Positions 46,864-57,028 of a stretch of DNA of 64,000 bases are shown here, piece after piece (the first letter of the stretch is position 1; each line of letters opens with the position of its first letter). A program made the translations under genes and the position numbers. Source of the stretch: a virus. The notes below the pieces were generated by a model that worked only from the letters and a program-made list of their open reading frames with translations, searched no databases and was not told the DNA's origin. The stretch covers positions 1 through 64,000 of IMG/VR virus record IMGVR_UViG_3300025838_000001; one strand, given 5' to 3'.

Positions 46864-47538
46864 TCACTTCCCTATTGGGATATTATTGCCATCATTTGTT
46901 AAAACCTGTGGCCTTGCTACTCTTCCGGTTATTTTATCAACCACATCTTTGAACACAAATTCTAGTGCATCGTCTGGTGCGTTAATAATATCTGTGTCAT
47001 TTCCGGTAGCACTTCTGGGACTCAGCATAGGAACATTTAAGGTTAGCCCCGTGTGGGTAATATCCTGTCCATTACTATCTATAAATAATGTTTGTCCCTG
47101 AACGAAACCGTATAATCCAAAATTAGGAGTAGGTAATTTCTTAGCATACCCACGGTGGTATGTCTCAATCCACATTAGGGGATAACTTTCTGATTGGTTG
47201 CCTACAAAAGTAGGTGCCTGTATAGAGTATCCTAACGGTAAATTAACTGGTGGCTGAGGAAGTGTGACCTTGAAATAACCCGTTAGCGGGTCTCTGGTAA
47301 ACGTGCTCGCAGCAAACTGGTAAGAGGTGATAAACCCTTCTGGCGTAGAGAATATCCCTGAAATATTGTAGTCGTTATTCGATGCTGTGGTAATAGCTAC
47401 AGCCAAGCTAGAATACACATACATCAATATCTCATTATCGGTGTAGTTATCAGCTATGTCTGGCCATCCATTAGAGATATGACGTTTGATCTGCTCTACG
47501 AACTGTCCGAATGATATGGATGATATGATTGTACTCAT
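46864..47538 (-). CDS. Virion-module hypothetical protein (224 aa)
   Basis: ORF track. Confidence 0.6.
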   Translation of the reverse strand: MSTIISSISFGQFVEQIKRHISNGWPDIADNYTDNEILMYVYSSLAVAITTASNNDYNISGIFSTPEGFITSYQFAASTFTRDPLTGYFKVTLPQPPVNLPLGYSIQAPTFVGNQSESYPLMWIETYHRGYAKKLPTPNFGLYGFVQGQTLFIDSNGQDITHTGLTLNVPMLSPRSATGNDTDIINAPDDALEFVFKDVVDKITGRVARPQVLTNDGNNIPIGK

Positions 47539-47541
47539 AAT

Positions 47542-48228
47542 TTATTCGCCTTGGACGAGGACTTCTTTACCGAATTCAACTAAACTTTGTTGTTCAAAAG
47601 AGAAACCTAGTATTGTACAAGCTCTACCTAGCACTTCTTCCATAGCTATATCGTTAAACTGTGGATCTACACTTCCAATCGGATTGTAGACCGGTAACCC
47701 TGTATTTGGGTCTGGGTACCAGTTAAATATAACATCAACTGGTTTGGTATAGTAATACAAAAATACTGTACTGATCAAATTCTGAGGGTAAATATTCCAG
47801 CCGGTCTTACCTATTGTATAAAAACCTTTGCTACTATCTGTAATAGGATCAATTTTAGAATTGAGCCTACCTGGTAATTTGCTATCGGCTAACCTTTCAA
47901 TTTTACGACCGCTAGAGTCGGTCATAAGAGAAAGGAAGTTAAAATTGGTAGGGTAAGGGACAATATTGCTGGTAACGGTAGCAGATTGGGCATCTACTTT
48001 GAAAGGAGATAAGTCAAGTTCAATCTTGGTACCCATCCCTAGTCCCACCTTTGGTATTGGTTTACCATAAGTAAACTGCTGTACTCGTCCCATCAGGAAC
48101 TCATAGTAACCTTTTTGCCCAGCGGTGATGGCTAACTGTACTTCCAAAGGAGATATCTGTCCCCCGAACTGGTTTTTTCGGGATAGGAAACTCAAAAATT
48201 GGAAGCAGTAATTAATTGTCATACTCAA
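47542..48228 (-). CDS. Virion-module hypothetical protein (228 aa)
   Basis: ORF track. Confidence 0.6.
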   Translation of the reverse strand: MSMTINYCFQFLSFLSRKNQFGGQISPLEVQLAITAGQKGYYEFLMGRVQQFTYGKPIPKVGLGMGTKIELDLSPFKVDAQSATVTSNIVPYPTNFNFLSLMTDSSGRKIERLADSKLPGRLNSKIDPITDSSKGFYTIGKTGWNIYPQNLISTVFLYYYTKPVDVIFNWYPDPNTGLPVYNPIGSVDPQFNDIAMEEVLGRACTILGFSFEQQSLVEFGKEVLVQGE

Positions 48229-48275
48229 AAATACAAAGAAGCCCCCACAATATGCGAGGGCTTCCTATTTTTTTA
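48228..48275 (-). terminator. Hairpin with T-runs on both strands, immediately after the capsid-candidate gene
   Basis: GAAGCCC-loop-GGGCTTC (48238-48264), flanked by T-runs on both strands. Confidence 0.55.
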
Positions 48276-48286
48276 ATCTTCAGATA

Positions 48287-49699
48287 CTATGATCCTAAGA
48301 ACAGAGCATACTGTACAGGTGCAATGGTACGCACACCGAAGTAGCTGATCATGGAGATGTTACGCTCCATAACGGTTGTTTTGTTCATAGGTGCAGCACC
48401 ACCAGTTTCCCAGGTTTGAATCCTGTTACCATCTGGCGCTTTCTGCCAAACGATTTGGAAAGAAGGAAGAGATACAGCCGTACCGTCTCCGTTTCTCATT
48501 TTAGGATCTTGGTTGATACGCTGAGGAATAGCGATGGCATAACCACGGTATGAACTACCGGTAGTAGCCTGCGGTACTCTTTTGTACACCATTTCAGTGT
48601 TGTACATAGCGTTCTGGTACATGTGGAAAGTGATGTTGTCCAGTTTGAAAGTGTCGAACCCGTAGGCAGCGGCAGCTTCTTTTGAACCACCCACAGACTC
48701 CCAGGTACAAGCGTTGAAAGTTCCTTTGAACAGATCAAACAGCATGTTTGAGATAGCCTGTTTAGCGTAAAACTCGTTCAGCATGTGGTATTCACCAGGA
48801 GCGCCAAAGAAGTTCAGGGCTCTTGTAAGAGTCTGGAAGTCTGTACGCAGCGGGTTACCGGAAGTGTACTGAACGGTAGAACCGTTAGCAGCAACTCTTT
48901 GTTGAACACCCACAGTACCATAAGTACCGTTGTTCAGGTTGTTCACAGTGTTACCTTCCATCACTTTGAAGAACATGTTGTTCATGAACCTTTTGTTCAT
49001 GTCATCCTGAGCCAGATTGTAGTAGTACTGTTGGCCATCAACCAGCATAACCTCCTGTTTTTCAATCAAGGCAAAGTCAGAAATATCGAAATCGTCACGG
49101 TGTTCTGTGGTCGTATTTGTGATTTTGTCATACACAGGTGCGATACCGGATGTTTTGGTTGAACCTTCACCAGCGTCCATGTTACCACGGAATAAGAAGG
49201 CATCACCAGCCAAAATTTGTGTACTGTTGGCAGAACGGATGTTATCAGTATTCAGCAAAGGAACTACTGTTACCTGGAAGGCGTTAGCCGTTGTCACAGG
49301 AATAGCAGTGATTTTACACTGGATACCAGATGAATCCAATACCATTGTTTCACCTACACGGGCAGGAGTTTTGTTACCTGACTCATAGTATGAATCAGAA
49401 CCTACTGTGAAAGTTACAGCGTTACCAGCACCGGTAGAGGCAACCGAAGTAGCCACAGAAAGAGACGGGTGTTGCTGTCTTTTCTCATAGTGGTAAAACT
49501 GTTTGTTTTCTGTGCGTTCGTATGTAGCTGTTTTGCCCATCAAGAGCTGCCAGAGGCCGTAGTTTTCTACGCCATATTTACGAACCAGCTTGTGTAAGAA
49601 GCTACGGTCATTTGAGTTAAGGTCATTCAACAGGACAGGGTAGGCAAACTGCGAGGTTGCAAAGCCTGACTGTGAAAAACCCGGTAATGTACTAGCCAT
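48287..49699 (-). CDS. Major capsid protein (candidate)
   Basis: 470 aa, directly after the scaffold-like gene and followed by a strong terminator. Codon usage is visibly distinct (C/G-ending, highly-expressed look). Confidence 0.5.
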   Translation of the reverse strand: MASTLPGFSQSGFATSQFAYPVLLNDLNSNDRSFLHKLVRKYGVENYGLWQLLMGKTATYERTENKQFYHYEKRQQHPSLSVATSVASTGAGNAVTFTVGSDSYYESGNKTPARVGETMVLDSSGIQCKITAIPVTTANAFQVTVVPLLNTDNIRSANSTQILAGDAFLFRGNMDAGEGSTKTSGIAPVYDKITNTTTEHRDDFDISDFALIEKQEVMLVDGQQYYYNLAQDDMNKRFMNNMFFKVMEGNTVNNLNNGTYGTVGVQQRVAANGSTVQYTSGNPLRTDFQTLTRALNFFGAPGEYHMLNEFYAKQAISNMLFDLFKGTFNACTWESVGGSKEAAAAYGFDTFKLDNITFHMYQNAMYNTEMVYKRVPQATTGSSYRGYAIAIPQRINQDPKMRNGDGTAVSLPSFQIVWQKAPDGNRIQTWETGGAAPMNKTTVMERNISMISYFGVRTIAPVQYALFLGS

Positions 49700-49738
49700 T
49701 TTATGAGTTTTTTACTATTAATAATATGTTGTGGTACC

Positions 49739-51052
49739 CTATACTGGGCTACCAGGTTGTTTTGCGGGAATTCCGAAGAATCTTTCCCACGCTTGATCGG
49801 TTGCCGCTTGTTGAGCGTCATCAAATCCTCCGGCTGGCGTTTGTGGTGCGGGGACATAGTTCTTAGCCCTTTTTAACATCTCAATTTGTGTTTGAGATAG
49901 GACTTGACTAGCCACCTGCTTAGCGATAGCCTCCCGATTTGAGTTGGCATAAATATCCTGGGCAAGTACATCTTTGCGGAACTCCCCGTTTTTCGTGAAG
50001 TAGCGGTTCAGAAAATACAATTCCGGATTATCACCAATAGCGTTCTGTATCTCTGTGATCTTTTCCTGCGGGAAAGGTATGTCCCCTCCTACGGTAATGG
50101 GATTTTCAGGGCTATCAGAAGTGAAAGTGAAAGAAAGTTTCTCAACCGGATTAGCCTCTGGCAGTAGTTTGATAAAGTCCAGTGCTCTTTTAGCTTCTGG
50201 GCTCTCAGTATCAACTGCTGGGGGCACACTCGCAGGCTGGCCGGCAGGCGAGAAGTCGGGTAACTTAATATCCACTAGCTTGTTAGTGAAATATGCTTTA
50301 GCCTCTTCGGCATCAATCCTTTTTCTGTCTTCTGCCATGGTCTTAGCTGTACTAAGTCCTAGCTCATCTCCATCATAATCCTCTTCTTTAACCGCATACC
50401 TACGGTTAATCTCATACTGCACTTGCTGATCATTAAGAGATGGGTATTGTTCTTTTATCCGGGCAGCAAGAATCGCTTCGGGTGCCTGGGTAGATAATTT
50501 CTGTATGAAAGCCCTTTGCTCTAAAATAGGTGTGACATCATCAATCTTACCTGCTGCAAGGGCATCGTATAATTTCTTAGACTCTTCGTTAGGGAATTCA
50601 GGGGCTTTAACCTCAACTACTTTTTCTGCCGGCTTATTAATAGCCGCTAACACCTCATCTTTTGTTTTGTATAATCCACCGGTAAGTTCAGTAAAGAAAC
50701 TTACTTCATCAAAGCCGGGAGGTACTTGGTTTGGTACGGGCGGTGTAGATCCGTCTGCTGCAGGTGGTGGGGGTGTGCCTCCATCGGCTGCTGCCGCCTC
50801 TGCTTGTCTTTTTGCTAACTCAAAACGATCTTCCTCAGACATCAGAATCATATCATCCTGTTTAGGATTTTGGTCTGGTACATCTAAAGAGGTAACGGGA
50901 GGAGTATCGGGTAAAATAGGAACCACGGGAGGTGGTGCCGGGGTAGTATCGTTATTCACGGGGGCTGCTGGGGCCGGAGCGCCAAGGGTCTGAGTCGCAG
51001 GGCTGCCACCACTAAGCATGGTTTGTAGCGCTGTTTCGTATTGGTCTGCCAT
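49739..51052 (-). CDS. Scaffolding-like protein (P/A-rich N-terminus, helical body)
   Basis: Composition and position upstream of the capsid candidate. Confidence 0.4.
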   Translation of the reverse strand: MADQYETALQTMLSGGSPATQTLGAPAPAAPVNNDTTPAPPPVVPILPDTPPVTSLDVPDQNPKQDDMILMSEEDRFELAKRQAEAAAADGGTPPPPAADGSTPPVPNQVPPGFDEVSFFTELTGGLYKTKDEVLAAINKPAEKVVEVKAPEFPNEESKKLYDALAAGKIDDVTPILEQRAFIQKLSTQAPEAILAARIKEQYPSLNDQQVQYEINRRYAVKEEDYDGDELGLSTAKTMAEDRKRIDAEEAKAYFTNKLVDIKLPDFSPAGQPASVPPAVDTESPEAKRALDFIKLLPEANPVEKLSFTFTSDSPENPITVGGDIPFPQEKITEIQNAIGDNPELYFLNRYFTKNGEFRKDVLAQDIYANSNREAIAKQVASQVLSQTQIEMLKRAKNYVPAPQTPAGGFDDAQQAATDQAWERFFGIPAKQPGSPV

Positions 51053-51091
51053 AATTGTGTTTTATGGCATAAAGTTGCGGAAAAAATGTCA

Positions 51092-51123
51092 CAAACAAAA
51101 AAAACTTGCCTTTTGAGCAAGTT
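51092..51123 (-). terminator. Rho-independent terminator
   Basis: Minus strand: AACTTGC-loop-GCAAGTT followed by TTTTTTTTG. Confidence 0.55.
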
Positions 51124-51152
51124 CTTCTATATATAAACCGGGGGTTAGTGTG

Positions 51153-51704
51153 TTATTTTGGTTCTCCTAAAACCTTTTCAAAATCAAAAGTATTCTGGTA
51201 CTCATTCGTTACAGAACCTCTTCCCTGAAAGGTGTCACGCTTATTTGTCATCTCGTTCCAGATACTTAAACAGTTGTTTAAATACTCGGCTAAAATAAAA
51301 TCAGGGGTGTCGCTTTTATTTTCCAGGCTGTGCATATTAATAAGCTGTTCAAGCCTTTTTACAAATCCATTTTCCTGTGACACACCTTCTGGTAAAGCCC
51401 ATTGGTTGTTAACGAATACCCAGATTGAGGATAGCAAAGCCACCGATACGTCATATTCAATACCCATCTGGGTAAACTGATTGATATACTTTTCCTCAAA
51501 GGCTGCCAGGTCTCCCTGTAGCTGGAAATTAACCATATTAGCCTGAGCCGGGATAGATGGAGTGGTTAAATTAGCTAATGAAATTATTTTTTCTAGTACT
51601 TGGTCACCTGTAAGATCAGTAAACTTTTCGGCCATCAGGATAGCAATAGCGGAGAATAATAGCCTACCGTATGTGCTTTCACGGTTAATTTGGTTAACGG
51701 TCAT
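51153..51704 (-). CDS. Hypothetical protein (183 aa)
   Basis: ORF track. Confidence 0.6.
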   Translation of the reverse strand: MTVNQINRESTYGRLLFSAIAILMAEKFTDLTGDQVLEKIISLANLTTPSIPAQANMVNFQLQGDLAAFEEKYINQFTQMGIEYDVSVALLSSIWVFVNNQWALPEGVSQENGFVKRLEQLINMHSLENKSDTPDFILAEYLNNCLSIWNEMTNKRDTFQGRGSVTNEYQNTFDFEKVLGEPK

Positions 51705-51889
51705 TTGGTTAGTTGTTTTGTTTTGAATTCGTTGTAATCCTTTTCTTCTTCCGTACCACCGTGTCTAGACTCTTTTTCAATCTCATCCTTCCACTCGCTG
51801 ATCATCTTAGTCTCTTGGTAAGACCGGCCAAAGTAAAAGGCTATGATGCCTATTAGTACACACGGGATAGCTAAATCAAAGAATTCCAT
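51701..51889 (-). CDS. Small single-pass membrane protein
   Basis: IPCVLIGIIAFYFG TM helix; 4-nt overlap with the downstream gene. Confidence 0.5.
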   Translation of the reverse strand: MEFFDLAIPCVLIGIIAFYFGRSYQETKMISEWKDEIEKESRHGGTEEEKDYNEFKTKQLTK

Positions 51890-51970
51890 TAGTGTTTTGG
51901 TTTACGGGTTGATAAATAAATGATCAAGAAAATACCTAAAGCAATTCCTATCGGTAACCAGGTAAAGAAA

Positions 51971-52219
51971 TCAATTTGGGTCATATTGTAGTTTTTCTGG
52001 TAAGCTATCGTGAAACCTGTTGAGCACACCCCAGATATGGGCGTAATCGTCTTTATATGTCACAGTTATTCTTTGTTGTCTGTAATTATTCTTTAACCTA
52101 CCTGTAATATGACACCATCCGCCTGATCTACTATATAACTTATGAACGTACTGGTACTTCCTGTTTTTAAAGAGTTTATCACATACGTTATGCCAGTGAA
52201 TAGTCTCTTGCTCGGTCAT
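51971..52219 (-). CDS. Hypothetical protein (82 aa)
   Basis: ORF track. Confidence 0.5.
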   Translation of the reverse strand: MTEQETIHWHNVCDKLFKNRKYQYVHKLYSRSGGWCHITGRLKNNYRQQRITVTYKDDYAHIWGVLNRFHDSLPEKLQYDPN

Positions 52220-52611
52220 AGCACAGGGTTTTCTGTTTTTGATGGAGGTAGGCCGTCTAGGTAAATCTCAGCCTGATTAAACAGTACCTCAATGATATCT
52301 TCTTCACGCAGAGTCCATTCGCCTTTACTATTTTCCTGTACATCAAAAGTAAAATCCTTCTGGAACCCTGTCTTATGTATAACCCTGGCGTGTATCCTGT
52401 GACCTTTATTCTTACTCAATGAACCAAAAAGGCTGATAGCGCTTATATCCGGATGGGTACAATGAAATACTGTCTGCTCAAATATCCATCTACCGTTGTA
52501 GCGGGTATGAGGTTTATAATAGTTACGATGCACCATACCAGAAAAAAGGTATCCAGCTATAGCAGCAAGAACGGTTACAATGGCTATCTCCATAAAAGAA
52601 TAGTCGGTCAT
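52216..52611 (-). CDS. Membrane-anchored hypothetical protein (131 aa)
   Basis: N-terminal TM helix IAIVTVLAAIAGYLFSG. Confidence 0.5.
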   Translation of the reverse strand: MTDYSFMEIAIVTVLAAIAGYLFSGMVHRNYYKPHTRYNGRWIFEQTVFHCTHPDISAISLFGSLSKNKGHRIHARVIHKTGFQKDFTFDVQENSKGEWTLREEDIIEVLFNQAEIYLDGLPPSKTENPVL

Positions 52612-52746
52612 AGGAAAGTGTGTAAGAAAAGAAACCCCTACCCAGTGCTCCTGTAAACTACCAAATTTCAGAACTCGATTAAAAGTTTTGACCGGGTAGG
52701 GGGATGTCCCGCATATTAAGGTCCTTGGGAACGATGGACACTATCT

Positions 52747-53256
52747 TTAAGCCGCTGGCTGCTCAGGTGTTGGTGTTTCTTCCACTGGCGTAGTAGCTTC
52801 TGTAGGCTCTACGAACTCAGGGAAATCAATTATCGGTGCTGGCTCAGGAACAACCTCTGCAGGAGTTTCTACCACAGGTTCAGGGGTAGGTTCAGCTACG
52901 GGTGGTTCCTCTATTGGTGCAGGCGTTTCTTCCACAATAGGTTCTGTGGGAGTTTCAGCAACAGGTTCCGCATGGGTAACTTCTTCTACGGGAGCCGGAG
53001 TTTCAACTACCGGGGCTGCTTCTGGCACACATGCCTCTACAGCGTCAACTAATGCCTGTCCTTTAGCACGATCTTCCGGTGTCTGCCAAGGGTTAGCCTG
53101 GATAGTAACGGCAGAGTTAAAAGGTAGTACGATAACCTCTACCCGTGAATTGATATCACCATCGGTAACAGCCCACCCGCCTCTTTCAGTGGTTAGCTTT
53201 GCAAAATCGCCTTCGGAGATCACGGCTCCGGTCTGGTTGTTAAAATAATTTGCCAT
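52747..53256 (-). CDS. Protein with a P/E/T/V/A-rich repetitive C-terminal half
   Basis: ORF track; ...PVVETPAPVEEV...PIVEETPAPIEEPPVAEPTPEPVVETPAEVVPEPAP... Confidence 0.6.
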   Translation of the reverse strand: MANYFNNQTGAVISEGDFAKLTTERGGWAVTDGDINSRVEVIVLPFNSAVTIQANPWQTPEDRAKGQALVDAVEACVPEAAPVVETPAPVEEVTHAEPVAETPTEPIVEETPAPIEEPPVAEPTPEPVVETPAEVVPEPAPIIDFPEFVEPTEATTPVEETPTPEQPAA

Positions 53257-53329
53257 AAAAATTTTTTGTTTGTTTAAATGTAGACAACAAAGTTTATAAA
53301 TAATATTTGTATTTCCAAATATTTTATTT

Positions 53330-53337
53330 TAAATTTG
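53330..53337 (+). promoter_or_regulatory. TAnnTTTG -7 box for the plus-strand early cluster
   Basis: TAAATTTG about 18 nt upstream of the ATG at 53355, in an AT-rich divergent intergenic region. Confidence 0.4.
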
Positions 53338-53354
53338 TAAATAAATATTCAATT

Positions 53355-53624
53355 ATGGCAAAAAAGAAACCCGTTAAGGTATTATCAGTAAGGCTCACAG
53401 ACGGGAAGGCTTCAATAGAACCGGATATGTTACATGAATGGGCGGTATTGAATAACAAGGTGATTACTTGGCTAAAAGAAAACACCCACATCAAGATCAG
53501 CCATATATGTGATGAAGCACAGATAAACCAAGGGAATTTATCTGTAGCGATAGGTAAGGGGCAGATAAGCCAGGAGAATTTAGAGAAGATTATTGAGGTG
53601 ATTAAAAAATTTGGGTACAAATAA
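53355..53624 (+). CDS. Small DNA-binding-like regulator (HTH candidate)
   Basis: MAKKKPVKV...ISHICDEAQINQGNLSVAIGKGQIS is an HTH-like segment. First gene after the divergent promoter region. Confidence 0.45.
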   Translation: MAKKKPVKVLSVRLTDGKASIEPDMLHEWAVLNNKVITWLKENTHIKISHICDEAQINQGNLSVAIGKGQISQENLEKIIEVIKKFGYK

Positions 53625-53644
53625 GTCACAGATAAACTCACAAT

Positions 53645-53947
53645 ATGTCAAAGTGTATAGTATGCGGTACTGAATTCGAGGCTAGGCGGCCAGAGGCTAA
53701 GACCTGCTCAGATAAGTGTAGGAAGCGGTTGCAGCGTAGTAATAAGAAGCCGGCTACGGTAGAACCGGTAAAGCCTAAAAAAGAACCCAGTAAAAAACCA
53801 AAGGAGCTCACTCGGACACCAGAACCCATACGAGTAGATAACCACCACCCCCTGTGGAAACACGATGACCCCAAGGAGGGTACGGCCTCTTTCTTTATGA
53901 AATACGGCTGCGAGACCTACGATGAGTTGGAGGAAATGAGAAAGTAA
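53645..53947 (+). CDS. Zinc-ribbon, basic protein
   Basis: CIVCG...(12 aa)...CSDKC, followed by a K/R-rich tract. Confidence 0.5.
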   Translation: MSKCIVCGTEFEARRPEAKTCSDKCRKRLQRSNKKPATVEPVKPKKEPSKKPKELTRTPEPIRVDNHHPLWKHDDPKEGTASFFMKYGCETYDELEEMRK

Positions 53948-53961
53948 AACCAATAAACAAT

Positions 53962-54537
53962 ATGAAACCAAAAATTACATCAGCGACTAATAAACACGGT
54001 GTAGAGTTCAAAATTTATGATGATGTGTCTATTTCTAGGTACAAAAGGAATATTACGTCATTATGGTTCATCAACGAGGATACCATCATAGCTAACATTT
54101 TGGAAGAAGGACCAGGTTTTAATTTTAGGGGCATCCAGATCAATATTGACTTTTTAGAGAAAGCCGACTCTAACCCTGGGATTCCTAAAGAAGCTCTTGG
54201 TAGCATAACCCTACATGATGGAACGGTAGTATACGCTCCTTGTAGCGTTATATACATAACTGTTAAGGATGGTAAAATGATTCCAACGTGTACTGTTTTT
54301 ACAGATTTGAGAAAACGAACTATACCAGAAGGTCCGTATTTTGGGAATTTCGAGCAAGCAAATGAGTATATAGAAACTCAGGAGATAATGACGATGCCTC
54401 TTCTGTCATATTCAGACGTAGAAAGGATTCTTTATAAATATAAAGAACTATCAATTCTATTCCCGTTTGAAGACGCAAAGAGACAGGTGTTAGATACCGC
54501 TAGGCGTAAGTACAAACTCAGAAAAAATGATCAATAG
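53962..54537 (+). CDS. Hypothetical protein (191 aa)
   Basis: ORF track. Confidence 0.55.
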   Translation: MKPKITSATNKHGVEFKIYDDVSISRYKRNITSLWFINEDTIIANILEEGPGFNFRGIQINIDFLEKADSNPGIPKEALGSITLHDGTVVYAPCSVIYITVKDGKMIPTCTVFTDLRKRTIPEGPYFGNFEQANEYIETQEIMTMPLLSYSDVERILYKYKELSILFPFEDAKRQVLDTARRKYKLRKNDQ

Positions 54538-54802
54538 AATAAAGCTATTTATACTCAAATGGGCAAGTAAACACCCAACGTTCAGGAAGAACTTGGAAGA
54601 AAAGATCCGCAAAGAATCCGAAATAGAGGCTATCGCTTTCCTTTTCTGGTGGGGTCACGTTAAGATGCACGAACCCCCGCTGAGGAAAGAAGGTAACAAA
54701 TGGCTTAGCTACTGGGAAGTATACGATATATTCCTGACAAGGACGGAGCAAAGGAATAGCTTTCGGAAGCATGCGGAGAACGGATTAGCTAAAAGGCAAT
54801 AA
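54527..54802 (+). CDS. Hypothetical protein (91 aa)
   Basis: ORF track. Confidence 0.5.
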   Translation: MINRIKLFILKWASKHPTFRKNLEEKIRKESEIEAIAFLFWWGHVKMHEPPLRKEGNKWLSYWEVYDIFLTRTEQRNSFRKHAENGLAKRQ

Positions 54803-54818
54803 CCAAAAACACAACAAT

Positions 54819-54935
54819 ATGACTCATTCAACCCCAAAAGTAACCATTGACCTAGCCGAATACCAGGAACTAAAAGACCGACTAGCCAAGCGGAATGTAG
54901 CACCAAAGGATATTATCATTTCCAAAAAGAAATAA
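54819..54935 (+). CDS. Mini-ORF (38 aa)
   Basis: ATG at 54819, TAA at 54933-54935 (MTHSTPKVTIDLAEYQELKDRLAKRN...). Fills an otherwise empty gap. Confidence 0.3.
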   Translation: MTHSTPKVTIDLAEYQELKDRLAKRNVAPKDIIISKKK

Positions 54936-54937
54936 CC

Positions 54938-55093
54938 ATGCCATTAGGAAAACCACATAAACCTATAAAAAAACTACCGTTTGGAGCGCTGAATTCTTTT
55001 CGTAAAAGAATGGACATGGAATTTTTTATAATATCCTTCCTTTTCTGGTTATTTATTTTATGGGTACTTAATATCATATTACAGAATCAATAA
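54938..55093 (+). CDS. Mini membrane protein (51 aa)
   Basis: ATG at 54938, TAA at 55091-55093; TM helix FFIISFLFWLFILWVLNIIL. Confidence 0.35.
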   Translation: MPLGKPHKPIKKLPFGALNSFRKRMDMEFFIISFLFWLFILWVLNIILQNQ

Positions 55094-55099
55094 GCAGTC

Positions 55100-55435
55100 A
55101 TGACAATAGAACTCCATAAGCTAGAAGTAGACGTACTACCCCCCAGACCCAACTGGTGGCTAGATATCTTCAACCTATCCGTCATATCCTACGGTAAAGG
55201 AACCCCTATATCTATAATCAGAGCAGAAATACTGGTAGATCAAGCTACTGTAGGCTCCCAATATATAGACCAATCTGGCCAGCCATGGGGTTGTGTATCC
55301 TTTTTTGACGGTAAATACAGGCTACTAAACGCCAATACATACGCCAAACACTTTATCATGCCTACTGATCTTTACCAGATAGGGGGTGTGGCAGGAGAGG
55401 GGAGTACCAAAACACCTAGGTTTGTTAAGTTATAA
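55100..55435 (+). CDS. Hypothetical protein (111 aa)
   Basis: ORF track. Confidence 0.55.
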   Translation: MTIELHKLEVDVLPPRPNWWLDIFNLSVISYGKGTPISIIRAEILVDQATVGSQYIDQSGQPWGCVSFFDGKYRLLNANTYAKHFIMPTDLYQIGGVAGEGSTKTPRFVKL

Positions 55436-55496
55436 TAATTATATTTTTTATCTTTTTTAAAATAATAATTTGTATATTTATTATAAAAAGTATAAA

Positions 55497-55901
55497 ATGT
55501 ATAATGCTATTCAGGTTATGGTATTTAACCTAAAATACCACAAGATCACTTTACAGTTGGTAGAAAGAGAACTAGGCTTATCCAACGGTGTAATCGGTAG
55601 GGCAGCCAAAGGAACCCTTAAATTGACAGAAGTAAACATGTTTAAGCTAACCCAGCGGTACAATCAGATACTAGATCAGCTAGGCGTAAAGGAAATACAA
55701 CCACCGGAAAAAGTACCATCACTGCAGAAAACCCTTCTTGACAGCATAGTAAATATCCCAGAAGGCAAAAGAATAGCCAAAAAGGTTTTTGAGGACACAA
55801 TAGTCACCGGATCTGCCAACATACCCATGCCTAAAGGACTGTCAATAAACGAAAGAATAGCCTGGGAAGAAAGCCATAAGGTCGAAAACAGCCATAAATA
55901 G
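55497..55901 (+). CDS. HTH-like small protein
   Basis: ITLQLVERELGLSNGVIGRAAKG is an HTH-like segment. The ATG at 55497 is preferred over the TTG at 55470. Confidence 0.45.
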   Translation: MYNAIQVMVFNLKYHKITLQLVERELGLSNGVIGRAAKGTLKLTEVNMFKLTQRYNQILDQLGVKEIQPPEKVPSLQKTLLDSIVNIPEGKRIAKKVFEDTIVTGSANIPMPKGLSINERIAWEESHKVENSHK

Positions 55902-55955
55902 CTGATTTTAAGGTAAGGAATTATCCACAAAAGTTAATTTCTAAAAATAGTTTTT

Positions 55956-55977
55956 AGCCCCTTTTTGGGGCTTTTTT
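55956..55977 (+). terminator. Rho-independent terminator
   Basis: AGCCCC-TTTTT-GGGGCT followed by TTTTTT. Confidence 0.7.
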
Positions 55978-56392
55978 GCGTGTAGCAAGTACATGTTTTC
56001 TAGTGTATAACTACCCTGAAAGGGTTCATACCTCAAACCAGCCGGACCGGGGGCGGGGTGCAAACGGATTCAATAGCGACCGGGTACCCCTGAAATCGCA
56101 AATCACAAAATTATTCCGCAACAGATTGAAAACCAGCGAATAATAACGGCTAAAAATTCGGCTATAATGTTAATTATGTTAAGTGGACAGGATGGCATAG
56201 ACCAGCCGGCTCCTCCCCTACCCTATTGCATGGGAGGAAACCAGGCAAATGAGTGATCGTAACATGTTTGAACAGGTAGGCGGATAGCTCCCTGCGCTGC
56301 GCTTGGGAGTAAGTAAACTAAGAAAGGGGAAAAATACGGTCTTTTTAGCCATCATTACTGTACTATAGATTTTAGTTGGTTTACTTTTGGTT

Positions 56393-56806
56393 ATGGATTT
56401 AACATGGCAGCAAGCTCATAGATTTGCCGTTTTGAGGATGGTAGACGTTTTCCTTAACCAGAAGGGAAAGCAATATGTATTTGATATGAGAGAGATACCC
56501 TATCAGGTAGCAGTTGAATTCAGGGAATGGATGGAAAGCAGGGGAAAGGATGTATTTATCCGGAATAACCATATAAGGAATTATGTAAGGTATACCACTA
56601 AACACCGTTTATATACCAGACCAAAATTTAAGGCAGTAAAGAAGGCAACCGGGATGACAGACGAACATTTTGCGAAAGCATGCGGATATAAGAACGCAAA
56701 TGTATTTAAGAACTCCCCATTCAGATGGTATAAAGTTACCTGTATGCTTAACATGTATGACGCATTAGAGGAAAGGAAATATTTTAATGATCTTATTGCA
56801 GCCTAG
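56393..56806 (+). CDS. Hypothetical protein (137 aa)
   Basis: ORF track; ATG at 56393. Confidence 0.5.
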   Translation: MDLTWQQAHRFAVLRMVDVFLNQKGKQYVFDMREIPYQVAVEFREWMESRGKDVFIRNNHIRNYVRYTTKHRLYTRPKFKAVKKATGMTDEHFAKACGYKNANVFKNSPFRWYKVTCMLNMYDALEERKYFNDLIAA

Positions 56807-57028
56807 TTAAAAAGTATACTTCTCATCCTGTTTAACCTTTCCAGGCTTAAATATCCCGTACTATTGCCCGTTCATTTTCTTTTATTCAATTCTCAGGCGT
56901 TTCGTTGTAGTCATAAGTCACTGATTATCAATGCTGCAAAATTATTTTAAAAATATTTGTTTGTTTTCTTGGTTTTATTGTTTTTCTGATATAGATTAGC
57001 ATAATTATTCACTGTCAAAGTATAAATT

